Below, one piece after another: positions 46,542 through 56,281 of a DNA stretch of 64,000 nucleotides. The first letter of the stretch is position 1; each line of letters opens with the position of its first letter. The translations under genes were made by a program, and so were the position numbers. Source of the DNA: Deltaproteobacteria bacterium (GTDB taxonomy: Bacteria > Desulfobacterota > DSM-4660 > Desulfatiglandales > HGW-15); NCBI GenBank assembly GCA_016931115.1, contig JAFGFM010000080.1, forward strand, positions 7,577-71,576, given 5' to 3'. The notes under the pieces were generated by a model. The model ran no database searches, was not told the DNA's origin, and saw only the letters and a program-made list of their open reading frames with translations.

Positions 46542-48290
46542 ATGTTTAAGAAGTCTCATTATGTAACTGTTTTTTCTGTTTTGTTAATCCTTTTTGTTGC
46601 AGGGGTTATCTCCTGTACCAAAAAAGAGGAGACAGTGGTCAAGAAGACTGAAGAGCCATTGATTAACCTGTTGAACCCTGCCCTGTCAACCGCCTTTGCA
46701 GAAAGGGCACCACTTGCGCCCCGCAATGATACCCTGGATAATAAGACCATCTACCTGGTTGATCTTCAGTGGGGCGGCCCTGATGCAGGCTACTCTGTTT
46801 TTGAAGAGATGAAGGAATGGTTCGCCAAAAACATGCCATCGGTCAAGGTAGAGGTAAGGAGATCAAAGGGTGGCTGGATGGGCGATGATCCTGATCTCAG
46901 GGCAGAGATTGTTGCAAACGCACGGGGTGCCGTTATCGGCATTGGTGGCTGACACGGATGTGTGTCGGTCGTGAGCCGATTTGCAAGATCCCTTGAAGAG
47001 AGCAATATTCCTACTGTCGGTGCATCAGGAATTAACGTCGTAAAATTTAAAGATTATAATGTTAAATATGCCAATGGCATGCCTATCAGGTATGTTGCTT
47101 TTCCTTTCCCGGTTGCAGGGCAGCCAAGGTCTGTACATAAGGCGTATGTTGAAGGGAAAGACCTATTAAGTGATAAGCCTATGATGCAGGCCATTATAGA
47201 TGGTCTTACCCTGCCGCTCACTGATGATGAGAAATTTGCAGGACTTCCTCAGGGTGCAGCGCCTGAACCAAGGCTTCTTGCTCCTGATACAGAAGATAAC
47301 CTGAGAAGGCTGTTTAATGACAGGGAATGGACAGATTTTAATTCTATCATCCTTCCTTCTGAAGAGCGGGTGGCTAAGATGCTTACAGGCACAAGCCATA
47401 AGCCTGATGAGATCGTGTGTGAATACGGCTCCCGCAAAATGACTGTTGAAAAGGCAGCAGTTTATGCGGTGATGGCAGGTGCCACACCAAAATATTTCCC
47501 GACCATTCTTGCGATATGTACCAGGGCGAACAGCTTTGGCAATTCCACAAGCTCTGCCGCAAACATGATCGTTGTAAACGGCCCCATAAGAAAAGAGCTT
47601 GGTATGAATTCAGGTGTTGATGCCCTTGGCCCATTCAGCGAGGCCAACTCAATACTTGGCAGGGTATTTACCATCTCTGGCAAGATCATGGGTGATCTCA
47701 GGCTTAATGAGGGAGCATATTCAACCCTTGGAAGCAACCTTCAGTACAACAATATATGTTTTGCAGAAAATGAAGAGTCACTTCCTGATGGATGGGAGCC
47801 TTTGAGCGTACAGCTTGGTTTTAAAAGTACAGACAATGTCGTGAGCATAGGCATGGGATGGAGTTATATCTCAAGCGTTGGCGAGGCGCAGATAAGCCAT
47901 CCGCCGCAAATGATGTTTCGTGATTACATGCGCTCCCTGGCAGGGATGTCAGCTACTATTATCATGGACCCGACAGTGGCAAAACTGCTCAAGGATGTCC
48001 ATGGTTTCAATACCAAGGATGACCTGAGCAAATTTCTGTCAGAAAATGTCGAGGTGGCTGCAGAGACATACTGGGGAAACGGGGTGAATACAACAGCATT
48101 TAAACCCATGGCCCTTCAAGGTCGTGAACCCTATGCAACATGGATGAAGACACCACCCAAAGAGCTGATTAAGCCCTTTACCAATGTAAGGGGCATAAGG
48201 GCAATAGTAGCAGGCGGCGGCATACAGACCACATGGTTTGTAACAGACTTTCAGTTCCCCGGGGGTATACTGATTGACAAGTGGAAATAA
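46542..48290 (+). CDS. putative selenocysteine-containing lipoprotein (UGSC-like thioredoxin-fold domain fused to a large C-terminal domain); Sec at codon 137
   Basis: ORFs 46542-46952 and 46962-48290 are in frame, separated only by TGA CAC GGA TGT (U-H-G-C). Hairpin 46959-46985. Lipobox VISC. Confidence 0.8.
46959..46985 (+). promoter_or_regulatory. candidate bacterial SECIS hairpin
   Basis: Stem tcggt/gccga with loop cgtga starting 18 nt after the UGA. Confidence 0.5.
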
Positions 48291-48456
48291 CAGGCATAAA
48301 GTTAATTTATTTTTTATTTGTCATTATTAAAAAGCTTGTTTATAATTCGCCAGTTTTTTTGGTGCATTTACCACAAAATAAAGATGTATCTATAGTAAGT
48401 TGGATTTTGTTGATATGGTTTTATTTCAGAGATTTTAAATATTTTTTAAATGGAGG

Positions 48457-48834
48457 ATGAAAATGAAAAAGATTAGCATATTATTTTTGATTATTCTTAT
48501 CATGGCTTTTGTAATTAGCGGTTGCTCAAAACCTGAAGACACAGCAGAACCTCAGGCAGAGGTTGTACAGCCTGCTGAAGAACCGGCTATTCCGGCTGAA
48601 GAGGCAATACCTGATGATGTAGCAACACCTGTTGAGGAAGCATATGATGATGCTAGCGATGTAGTATCTGATGTTGCTACCACTGTAACAGAAGAGGCAA
48701 CAGATATGGCTCAGCAGGCAGGAGAAAAGGTTGGAGAAGCAGCCGAAGCAGTTACCGATGCAGTAAAGGATGCGGCCCAGGATGTTAAAGAGGGTGCGCA
48801 GAAGGCTGTTGATTCTGTAATCCCACGTAACTAA
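48457..48834 (+). CDS. acidic Ala/Glu-rich lipoprotein
   Basis: Lipobox ISGC, low-complexity body, ggagg RBS. Confidence 0.8.
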   Translation: MKMKKISILFLIILIMAFVISGCSKPEDTAEPQAEVVQPAEEPAIPAEEAIPDDVATPVEEAYDDASDVVSDVATTVTEEATDMAQQAGEKVGEAAEAVTDAVKDAAQDVKEGAQKAVDSVIPRN

Positions 48835-48940
48835 CTGATAGCAATAATGGTAAAAGGCGCATATAGAGATTAAGCCTTTTTCTGGCTGAAATATCTTATA
48901 CCCTTTTTCCAGTTTAACAGGACAAATCAATAAAGATTAT

Positions 48941-48981
48941 CAGGCCTGCTTTTTATTTGTAAAAAGCAGGCCTGTTTTTTT
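48941..48981 (+). terminator. intrinsic terminator
   Basis: caggcctgcttttta-tttg-taaaaagcaggcctg plus a T run. Confidence 0.8.
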
Positions 48982-49062
48982 AAGGGATATAATCTGTATT
49001 CCTCCCATATAGTCCATCATTTCTATTACATAAGAGTATAATTTTCCAACAGGAGAGATATT

Positions 49063-49893
49063 ATGATGAAAAAATTGTTTACATTACTGTTATTAGAGAT
49101 CTTACTTCTATTTCCTTTGAATGCAGCTGAAAATCAGGATGACCTCAAAACCAGTAAAGATAAAATGAGCTATGCTGTAGGGGTTCAGATCGGTAACCTT
49201 CTTAAAAGACAGGATATTGCCCCTGATTACAATATTATGCTTGATGGCATAAAAGAGGTCATGGATAACCGGCCTTCGCGTTTTTCACAGGATGAGATCA
49301 AAAAAATAATGAGGGATTACCAGGCTGAACAGAAAAAGCTAGAGGCAGCTAAACTGCTTGGTGACAAGGCATGGAAGATCCAGCTTACAAAACCTGAGAT
49401 GATGACCTTTGACAACAACAAGGAATATATCTGGGTTTTGGACACAAACAAAGGGCAGATAAGACTCAGGCTTATGCCCGATGTGGCCCCAATGCACGTT
49501 ACAAGCACAATCTTTCTTACAAAAAAGGGTTTTTATGATGGCATCACATTTCATCGAGTGATCCCCGGATTTATGGCGCAGGCAGGATGCCCCTTTGGCA
49601 CAGGCAGCGGTGATGCGGGTTACAGCTATGGTGGCGAGTTCAACCCAAAAGTTAAACATGACAGGCCATACCTTTTAAGCACGGCCAATGCAGGGCCTGG
49701 CACAGACGGTAGCCAGTTCTTTATCACATTTACTGCTACACCTGGTCTTGACGGAAAGCATACTATTTTTGGCGAGGTGGTAGCAGGCCAGGATGTGGTT
49801 AAAAGGCTTGAGGAGGGAGGCACCCAGAACGGCACACCAAAGGAGCCGCTCATTATTAACAGGGCGACTATTGAGGAAAAGGCCAAAAAATAA
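49063..49893 (+). CDS. secreted PPIase: FKBP_N (FkpA/Mip dimerisation) domain fused to a cyclophilin domain
   Basis: KDKMSYAVGVQIG...LDGIKE, then DTNKG...AP.HV, FYDGITFHRVIPGFMAQ, ANAGPGTDGSQFFIT, LDGKHTIFGEV. Confidence 0.88.
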   Translation: MMKKLFTLLLLEILLLFPLNAAENQDDLKTSKDKMSYAVGVQIGNLLKRQDIAPDYNIMLDGIKEVMDNRPSRFSQDEIKKIMRDYQAEQKKLEAAKLLGDKAWKIQLTKPEMMTFDNNKEYIWVLDTNKGQIRLRLMPDVAPMHVTSTIFLTKKGFYDGITFHRVIPGFMAQAGCPFGTGSGDAGYSYGGEFNPKVKHDRPYLLSTANAGPGTDGSQFFITFTATPGLDGKHTIFGEVVAGQDVVKRLEEGGTQNGTPKEPLIINRATIEEKAKK

Positions 49894-49925
49894 TGACTGA
49901 TTTTGATGCACTAACAAAATAACCA

Positions 49926-49983
49926 ACCACGGAGGACACGGAGAGCACGGAGTTATTTTGTTTTATCCCGTGTTCTCCGTGGT
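49926..49983. repeat. CACGGAG-type palindromic repeat
   Basis: accacggaggacacggagagcacggag...cccgtgttctccgtggt. Partial relative at 39532-39550. Confidence 0.75.
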
Positions 49984-50221
49984 GAAACCATATGCTATTG
50001 AATTTATGCAGATGCATTTAAAATAGTTAAAGAATGAACAAAACACTCTTTTCATATGCAATGCTATATATATCTGCAATCCTGTTTGCATTCAATTCTG
50101 TGATTGTAAAGATCGCATCTGTGAGCTATTCAGGTATCTCCATATCTTCAATAAGGAAAGGCTGAAGCGACTTCATTAAAAAGCCTGAAAGCCTGCAGTC
50201 TAAAAAGCTTCAGCCTGCTTT

Positions 50222-51250
50222 TCACACCGCTAAATCCAGCTGCTGGATCGTCCCTGCTGCCCCGCCTTCATTTACATATATGCCTGTCCTGACTGTCCGG
50301 CCCAGTAACTCGTTGTCAGCACCTTTCAGGTCAAACATGGTGGCAACATTACCGGTATTGATGGCCCCTATTCCTCTCTGTTTAAGAGTAGAAAGGTTTT
50401 GGCCACCCAACTCATCCATTGTCCAGACATAGAGCTGGCTATAAACAGGGTCATTCTCATCAATCCAGTTATTGGCATCAATATCTTGTGCGGCAAGTTC
50501 ATTATAACCATTGCCTGTTTCAGGGCCAAAGAGTTCGCTCCCATTATTTACTGCGCCATCATTATTGATATCAAACACGAGGAACCCGCTACCCGGTTTT
50601 AAGAGAGGCACATCCTCCTCAAAACCATCAGAGTCAAGGTCAAATGCAAATCTCACATTGGATAGCTCTGCGGCAGTCCCGTTAAAATTTATAACAAGGG
50701 GGTCAGTTAATTTCGCATCACCTGCCCTGAAACTGAAGCTTTCATATGAGGCATACTCCCGCTGCATAGTAAGCTCAATGGCGAATTTTATCTCTTTATT
50801 GTCACTGGTTTTGATTATGCCTGTTGCTGCGAAAGAGACTGTCTCTCTTTCATAATGAGACTTCTCGGAATCGTATGAAATACCCCAGCCTTGACGCTGG
50901 TTTTGAGCCGCAGCAGCGGTATTGCTGCTTTCCTGCGTGATATCAGGATCTTCCGCATCGCGCTGATATTCAGATATATCCAGAATCCTGAATTTTTTAC
51001 CAGAGAGTATCTCAGCAAGCAGTGCCTTAAGTGTCATTTTCGAATCGGCAGCCAGGTTTTTTTCAATAACATCTTCATCCGGCTTGCACTCTGCTGCCAG
51101 ACACTTTGCCTCTGCTGAAATAGTGATCTTTTCACCGGATATCTTACTTTGAGGTGGATCAACATAAACACGCAGACTTTCCTTCTCTTCATCCCTTGAG
51201 ATGAATTCCCTCTGTGATGCCATGTAAATACTTGAACTTTCTACCTTCAT
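50222..51250 (-). CDS. conserved hypothetical protein with acidic Ca-binding-like motifs
   Basis: DPLVINF, FDLDSDG, DINNDG..NNGSELFG, DANNWIDENDP. Confidence 0.8.
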   Translation of the reverse strand: MKVESSSIYMASQREFISRDEEKESLRVYVDPPQSKISGEKITISAEAKCLAAECKPDEDVIEKNLAADSKMTLKALLAEILSGKKFRILDISEYQRDAEDPDITQESSNTAAAAQNQRQGWGISYDSEKSHYERETVSFAATGIIKTSDNKEIKFAIELTMQREYASYESFSFRAGDAKLTDPLVINFNGTAAELSNVRFAFDLDSDGFEEDVPLLKPGSGFLVFDINNDGAVNNGSELFGPETGNGYNELAAQDIDANNWIDENDPVYSQLYVWTMDELGGQNLSTLKQRGIGAINTGNVATMFDLKGADNELLGRTVRTGIYVNEGGAAGTIQQLDLAV

Positions 51251-51326
51251 AATAAGCCCCCTTTATTATGATAACTTATAATCGGCAGAAAATTCCAATT
51301 TGATTAGACATTTTAAAAAGGAATCA

Positions 51327-52532
51327 TCAAGGCCTCCATTTTGAAACGGCCCTTAAGAAGGCAATTGTTTCATTCTCAGCCTTGATTTCACCCGGGGGAA
51401 AATAACTTAACTTGACAACAACCGTGCCGGTTGAAGGATCAATATAGATATACTGCCCCTGAAGTCCAAGTGCAATATATGAATCTGAATCTGTCAGGGT
51501 CCACCATTGATACTGGTACCCTAATTCAGTGCCCTGGTATATGGGTTCATTTTCTTTTTCAGGAATAGTTGATTCCCTTACCCACTCCTGATTAAGTAAC
51601 TGTTGATCGTTTGCCTTTCCATTATGCAGCATCATCAACCCGATACGGCCATAGTCCCTGAGCACTGCATTAAAGCCCATGCCGTTTACAACCCTGCCAA
51701 CACCTGGTTTTCCATCAGCGATCCAGAAACCATAAGACTGCATACCTGCCCTCTTCCACCATCGCTCTGCCATATACTCTTCAAGGGGTTTATTAACAGC
51801 GCGCTCAACAACCCATCCCAGAACACCGGTCTCTACTGTGGAATAATTAAAATGTTTCCCTGGAGGATAAATGCTCTTTAAAGGCAGGGCCGCGGATGTA
51901 AAGCGGATTCGGTTTTCAACTATTGCACCATCATGAAGCTCTGACATGGGCGTGGCCTTTTCAAAATCATACCGTTCATCCCAGTTACAGCCTGACCTCA
52001 TCATAAGTGCCTGACGTATAGTAACACCGGCATAACCGCTCTCTTTTAGCTCAGGGATATATTTGGTAACAGGGTCATTAACCGATTGAATATCGCCATC
52101 AGCTATGGCCATTCCCACTAAAACAGAGGTAAACGATTTTGCCATGGACATGGATAAAAAATGTGTCTCTTCATTTGTCTGGTTTAAATATTGTTCAAAG
52201 ATTATTTTATCATCTTTGATAATCAGCAGGGCATTGGTATAGGTTCGTTCTGCAAAGTCTGCTGCCGGGATGTTCTTACCATCATAGAGATATGTGAAAT
52301 CTAATGGCGTCAACTTTTGTGGAATATCCCAGACCGGACCAGCTGTGGGCACTCTTCTGGTCTCAAATATCTCATCTATATTATGAAATGTGAGTGTATT
52401 TATGTCTGCATCAAGGAAACGCTGCCTGACCTTAAGAATAGCATCTGATGGCTGTGCTGTAATGATTTTTGGTACACCTGTTAAAACCACAATAATACAA
52501 ATGAAGGAGATAAAAAGTTTTGTCCGGTACAT
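51327..52532 (-). CDS. serine hydrolase, beta-lactamase class C family (exported)
   Basis: SMAKS (SxxK), FNYST, ALGLQGQ. Confidence 0.9.
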   Translation of the reverse strand: MYRTKLFISFICIIVVLTGVPKIITAQPSDAILKVRQRFLDADINTLTFHNIDEIFETRRVPTAGPVWDIPQKLTPLDFTYLYDGKNIPAADFAERTYTNALLIIKDDKIIFEQYLNQTNEETHFLSMSMAKSFTSVLVGMAIADGDIQSVNDPVTKYIPELKESGYAGVTIRQALMMRSGCNWDERYDFEKATPMSELHDGAIVENRIRFTSAALPLKSIYPPGKHFNYSTVETGVLGWVVERAVNKPLEEYMAERWWKRAGMQSYGFWIADGKPGVGRVVNGMGFNAVLRDYGRIGLMMLHNGKANDQQLLNQEWVRESTIPEKENEPIYQGTELGYQYQWWTLTDSDSYIALGLQGQYIYIDPSTGTVVVKLSYFPPGEIKAENETIAFLRAVSKWRP

Positions 52533-52600
52533 AAAATTGTCCTCCTTTTTTAATAAAAATATTTTTCCTCTTGTTCCACCCGGTCTTAAAAAATGTCAGA

Positions 52601-52984
52601 TTAGTTAATGGTTTTCAAAATGTTCCTTTTTACAGGTGGCAAAAAATTATCACCTGTCACAATACTTCGCCCAAGTTCTTTTTCAGTCTCTCTTCGTGCT
52701 GTTCCTGCCACTCCACCAGGGGCATCACGATTTCCAGATCGGGGGGATCGCTTAATAGCCTTGACCAGTTCCTCAGAACCATTCCAGCCGCCAGCAATAC
52801 TTGCTAGCCCCTTTTCAGGCCCGGCCTTTCTTAACCGTTTCAGGTGTACGATATCATGGGCAGATACAAGCGCAGCAACAGGTTTACCATACCGGGTGAT
52901 AATAATTGGTTCACCTGTTTCTACCTGCCTTAGAGATTCCGATAATGCCGTCTTTATCTCTACTATAGACATGGTGTTTTCCAT
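52601..52984 (-). CDS. Phd/YefM-family antitoxin with C-terminal extension, no partner toxin
   Basis: SIVEIKTALSE.LRQVETGEPIIITRYGKPVAALV. Confidence 0.8.
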   Translation of the reverse strand: MENTMSIVEIKTALSESLRQVETGEPIIITRYGKPVAALVSAHDIVHLKRLRKAGPEKGLASIAGGWNGSEELVKAIKRSPRSGNRDAPGGVAGTARRETEKELGRSIVTGDNFLPPVKRNILKTIN

Positions 52985-53071
52985 GAACTACCTCCAAATA
53001 AGGTTACAGCAAATTATTAATAAACCGGCCTGCTCTCAACCCCCAGTTCAGTGCAATCATTAACTATTTTT

Positions 53072-53100
53072 CTCATCGTTCCCATGGTCTCCGTGGCAAC
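53072..53100. repeat. REP-like palindrome
   Basis: ctcatcgttcccatggtctccgtggcaac. Confidence 0.7.
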
Positions 53101-53199
53101 GCCAGATGCTCTGAGTCCTGTTTCCTGATACAACCATCAATCAAGCTTCTTTTTCAGATGTAACACCCTATGATTGATTTTCTAATATTTTTAAAAACA

Positions 53200-54069
53200 C
53201 TATTTAGTATTAACATCAAACTGGATTGGCATATTAACAATTACATTAACAGCCTGACCTTTCTTGACAGCAGGATTAAAACGATACTGTTCAACAGCCT
53301 GGATTGCCGCGGTCTCAAAAACACCTTTCGGAGAAGCTTCTTTAATTATTATATCTTTTGTTTTGCCTTCTTTTGTTACGACATATTTTACCTTTACATA
53401 CCCTGAGATATTATTTTTTTTAGCTTCAATGGGATAGACAGGAGGAACTACATAAACAGCTTTAGGAGGTGCTTCAACCTCAGATAATGTGTATATTGTG
53501 TCAGGATCAACAGGTTCATCAATCTCAGGACTGATCATTCTTTTCAGAACAGCTTCAACCCTTGGCTGTAATTCTTTTGCCCTTTTCTTGTCTAAAACAG
53601 CCTTATTTATCTCACCTGTTTTTTCAAAGGCAATTCCTCTGTATAAATAAGCTGGAGCGAAATCTGGATTTTTTTGAATTGCCATATTGAACTCTATTAT
53701 TGCCTTATCCACTTCTTCATCCTTCATATAAACCGCTCCACGATAAAAATAGCCATTAGCAATATTAGGATCCAATTCAATAGATCTATTAAAATCAGCC
53801 ATTGCTTCATTATTTTGGCCATTTAACCAATAAGCTTCTCCACGATTACAGTAGTACATGCTATTATTAGGTTCTAAATTGATGGCTTTATTAAAGTATG
53901 ATATTGCCTCATCATACTTTTTATTATTCGTCAGGGTATTACCCTGCCCAGCGTATTGAATAGCTGGTGGAGGATTATTTAAATAATTATTAAAGTGAGT
54001 TCTGTTATTACAATCTGTTAATAAAACCAGCACCGTGAGAAGTAAGAATAACGATATAATTTGTTTCAT
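53200..54069 (-). CDS. TPR-repeat protein fused to a TonB C-terminal domain
   Basis: ~4 TPRs (YCNRGEAY, YFYRGAVY, YLYRGIAF), then PPVYPIEAKK..ISGYV, F..AA..AV...RF.PA. Confidence 0.88.
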   Translation of the reverse strand: MKQIISLFLLLTVLVLLTDCNNRTHFNNYLNNPPPAIQYAGQGNTLTNNKKYDEAISYFNKAINLEPNNSMYYCNRGEAYWLNGQNNEAMADFNRSIELDPNIANGYFYRGAVYMKDEEVDKAIIEFNMAIQKNPDFAPAYLYRGIAFEKTGEINKAVLDKKRAKELQPRVEAVLKRMISPEIDEPVDPDTIYTLSEVEAPPKAVYVVPPVYPIEAKKNNISGYVKVKYVVTKEGKTKDIIIKEASPKGVFETAAIQAVEQYRFNPAVKKGQAVNVIVNMPIQFDVNTK

Positions 54070-54144
54070 ATGTTTTCCTTTTTAAGTTAAAAGTTTATCT
54101 TTCGCATTATCAAAACCATTCTGGAAAAAATCTGTAAAAGACAG

Positions 54145-55341
54145 CTACCCTACCTTAACAATCAGTGATGCCCCTGTGTCCCCTGCGGCACAGCCTGTAA
54201 AGAGGCCGTATCCGCCACCCTTAATAACCAGTTCTTCAATCAGCTCGCAGATTATCCTGCCTGTTGTGGGGGCCTGGGGGTGACCATAGATCAGTGAACT
54301 GCCATAGTTGTTCATGGACATAGCATCAATATTCATCTTTTTTGCCATGTTAATGTCATTAACAATAAAGGGGTTGTGTGTCTTAATAACCTTTATATCA
54401 TTAATCTTAAGCCCTGCCTGCTCAAGAGCCTTTTCTGCGGCAGGCACAGGGGCTGCTGCCATCCTTGCCTTTGCTGCCCTTGCATAACCGTATGACACTA
54501 TCTTTATCTCAAGACCAGGGTCTTTGCTCAGCTCCTTTGCCTTTTCCCTTGTGGTCACAATAAAACCGCAGTTACCATCTGCCGGATGTGTCTGTGAACC
54601 ATATGTGAGCACCCCGCCCGGTTCAACAGGCTTTAGCCATGCTAGCCCCTCGGCTGTTGTGGGTGTAATGCCTTCATCCTCTTCAACAAGTATCGTCTTT
54701 TTCTTTGATATTTTTACCTCAATGGGGAACATGTACCTCTTCTGGAATGCCCTGTTATCTGCCATTGAATCAAGGTACTGCTCATATCTCCTTAATGTAA
54801 GTTCATCACACTCCTCCCTTGTTATGCCTGCCTCTTTTGCCACAAGTTCAGCAGTTTGTATCATCTTGAGCCCGCCTGATGGGTCATTATTGATATTATC
54901 CATATTCCAGTTTTCCGAGATAACCTCTCCTCCAGGACCGTTCGGGTTGGGCCATACAAGATGTGGCCCGTTTGACATGCGATCAGACATGAGTGTAAAT
55001 GCCGTATCAAAGGTCTCTGCCTCGACATTTAATGCTGCAAGATGAATGCATGTGGCAGCAGTTGTACATGCCTGATGAACATAGAGCCCGGGTATATCCT
55101 TTTTGCCATCCATGAGTATTGCGCCTGACCAGGTGTGGGCATAAAACATCCTGTTAGCTGCAACAGTTGCCCCATAGTACAGGTACTCCAGCATCGCAGG
55201 GTTAATGCCTGCGTGGGCAAACCACCTTTTTGCGGTTTCAGCGCCAAGCGTAATAGGGTTAAAGGTTGAGAGTTGCCCCTGCCATTTGCAGAATGGTGTT
55301 GAGTAGTATCCTTTGTATGGAATATAGGCCCTTGTCAGCAT
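54145..55341 (-). CDS. thiolase-family protein, divergent (HNPF / CAAGDTG type)
   Basis: HQACTT, SDRMS, THPADG, KTHNPF, YGHPQAPT, GCAAGDTG. Confidence 0.88.
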   Translation of the reverse strand: MLTRAYIPYKGYYSTPFCKWQGQLSTFNPITLGAETAKRWFAHAGINPAMLEYLYYGATVAANRMFYAHTWSGAILMDGKKDIPGLYVHQACTTAATCIHLAALNVEAETFDTAFTLMSDRMSNGPHLVWPNPNGPGGEVISENWNMDNINNDPSGGLKMIQTAELVAKEAGITREECDELTLRRYEQYLDSMADNRAFQKRYMFPIEVKISKKKTILVEEDEGITPTTAEGLAWLKPVEPGGVLTYGSQTHPADGNCGFIVTTREKAKELSKDPGLEIKIVSYGYARAAKARMAAAPVPAAEKALEQAGLKINDIKVIKTHNPFIVNDINMAKKMNIDAMSMNNYGSSLIYGHPQAPTTGRIICELIEELVIKGGGYGLFTGCAAGDTGASLIVKVG

Positions 55342-55612
55342 AAGATCATTCCTCCGCGAATGGGTTAAAAATCAAAAAAATATATTAAATTTTAAGGCTA
55401 AATCAGCTTATTTTATGTATTATTTATCAATCAATAATAAATTATGGAGTGGAATTTTCATATTATTTTATCCTGCCCTATGTCAAGAGATAAAAGAGGT
55501 ACAGATAAAATCAGGCTCAGGTCGCTTCAAACTTGACTTCCAATCCTCTAATATAATATTTGATAACCTTCATATATGAAAAAATTGGATTATCAGGAAA
55601 AGAGGTTTGCAT

Positions 55613-56281
55613 ATGATAATTGCTGACAGAAAACCCATATCAGAGATACTGGATATGGTAAAAGAATATAAGAAGATACTCCTGCTGGGCTGCAAGGGGT
55701 GTGTTACAGTATGTAATATTGGAGGGGCCAAGGAGGTCGGTATACTTGCAAGCATTATTAAGATAGCAAGGAAAAAGGAAGGAAACCCGATCGAGATTCA
55801 TGAAAAAACAGTGGAAAGGCAGTGTGACCCGGAATATGTGGATATAATCAGGGATATAGTTGAGGACTATGAGGCTGTTTTAACCATGGCATGCGGCGTA
55901 GGGCCGCAGTTTCTCTCTGAAAGATACCCTGACACAAGGGTTTATCCTGCTGTTAATACGACCTCTTTCGGGGGCTCTGTAAGGCATGGAGTATGGGAAG
56001 AGAGATGCGCCGGGTGCGGCACCTGTGTGGTTCACTACTATGATGGATTATGCCCTGTTGCCCGCTGCGCAAAAAACCTGCTGAACGGCCCATGCGGGGG
56101 TTCATCAGGCGGTAAATGTGAGATATCAAAAGATACAGAATGCATATGGGACACCATTGTCATGAAAAAGATAAAACAGGGGAGATTGAATGACCTGCTA
56201 ATAAACAGGCCTGCCAAGGACTGGAGAACAGCAAAAGATGGCGGCCCCCGCAGAAGCATCAGGGAGGACATTGCCATATGA
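55613..56281 (+). CDS. metV: methylene-THF reductase small Fe-S/Zn subunit (MTHFR C-terminal family)
   Basis: GCKGCVTVC, ERQCDPE, CAGCGTC, CPVARCAK.LLNGPCGG, CIW. Confidence 0.9.
   Translation: MIIADRKPISEILDMVKEYKKILLLGCKGCVTVCNIGGAKEVGILASIIKIARKKEGNPIEIHEKTVERQCDPEYVDIIRDIVEDYEAVLTMACGVGPQFLSERYPDTRVYPAVNTTSFGGSVRHGVWEERCAGCGTCVVHYYDGLCPVARCAKNLLNGPCGGSSGGKCEISKDTECIWDTIVMKKIKQGRLNDLLINRPAKDWRTAKDGGPRRSIREDIAI

Noticed and set aside
46962-48290. Independent gene starting at GTG 46962
   Set aside because: No convincing RBS, and it is in frame with the upstream ORF across a UGA in a UxxC context. Better explained as Sec read-through.
52608-53063. Plus-strand ORF as the missing toxin
   Set aside because: Antisense to the Phd gene, with no PIN/RelE/Doc motifs.
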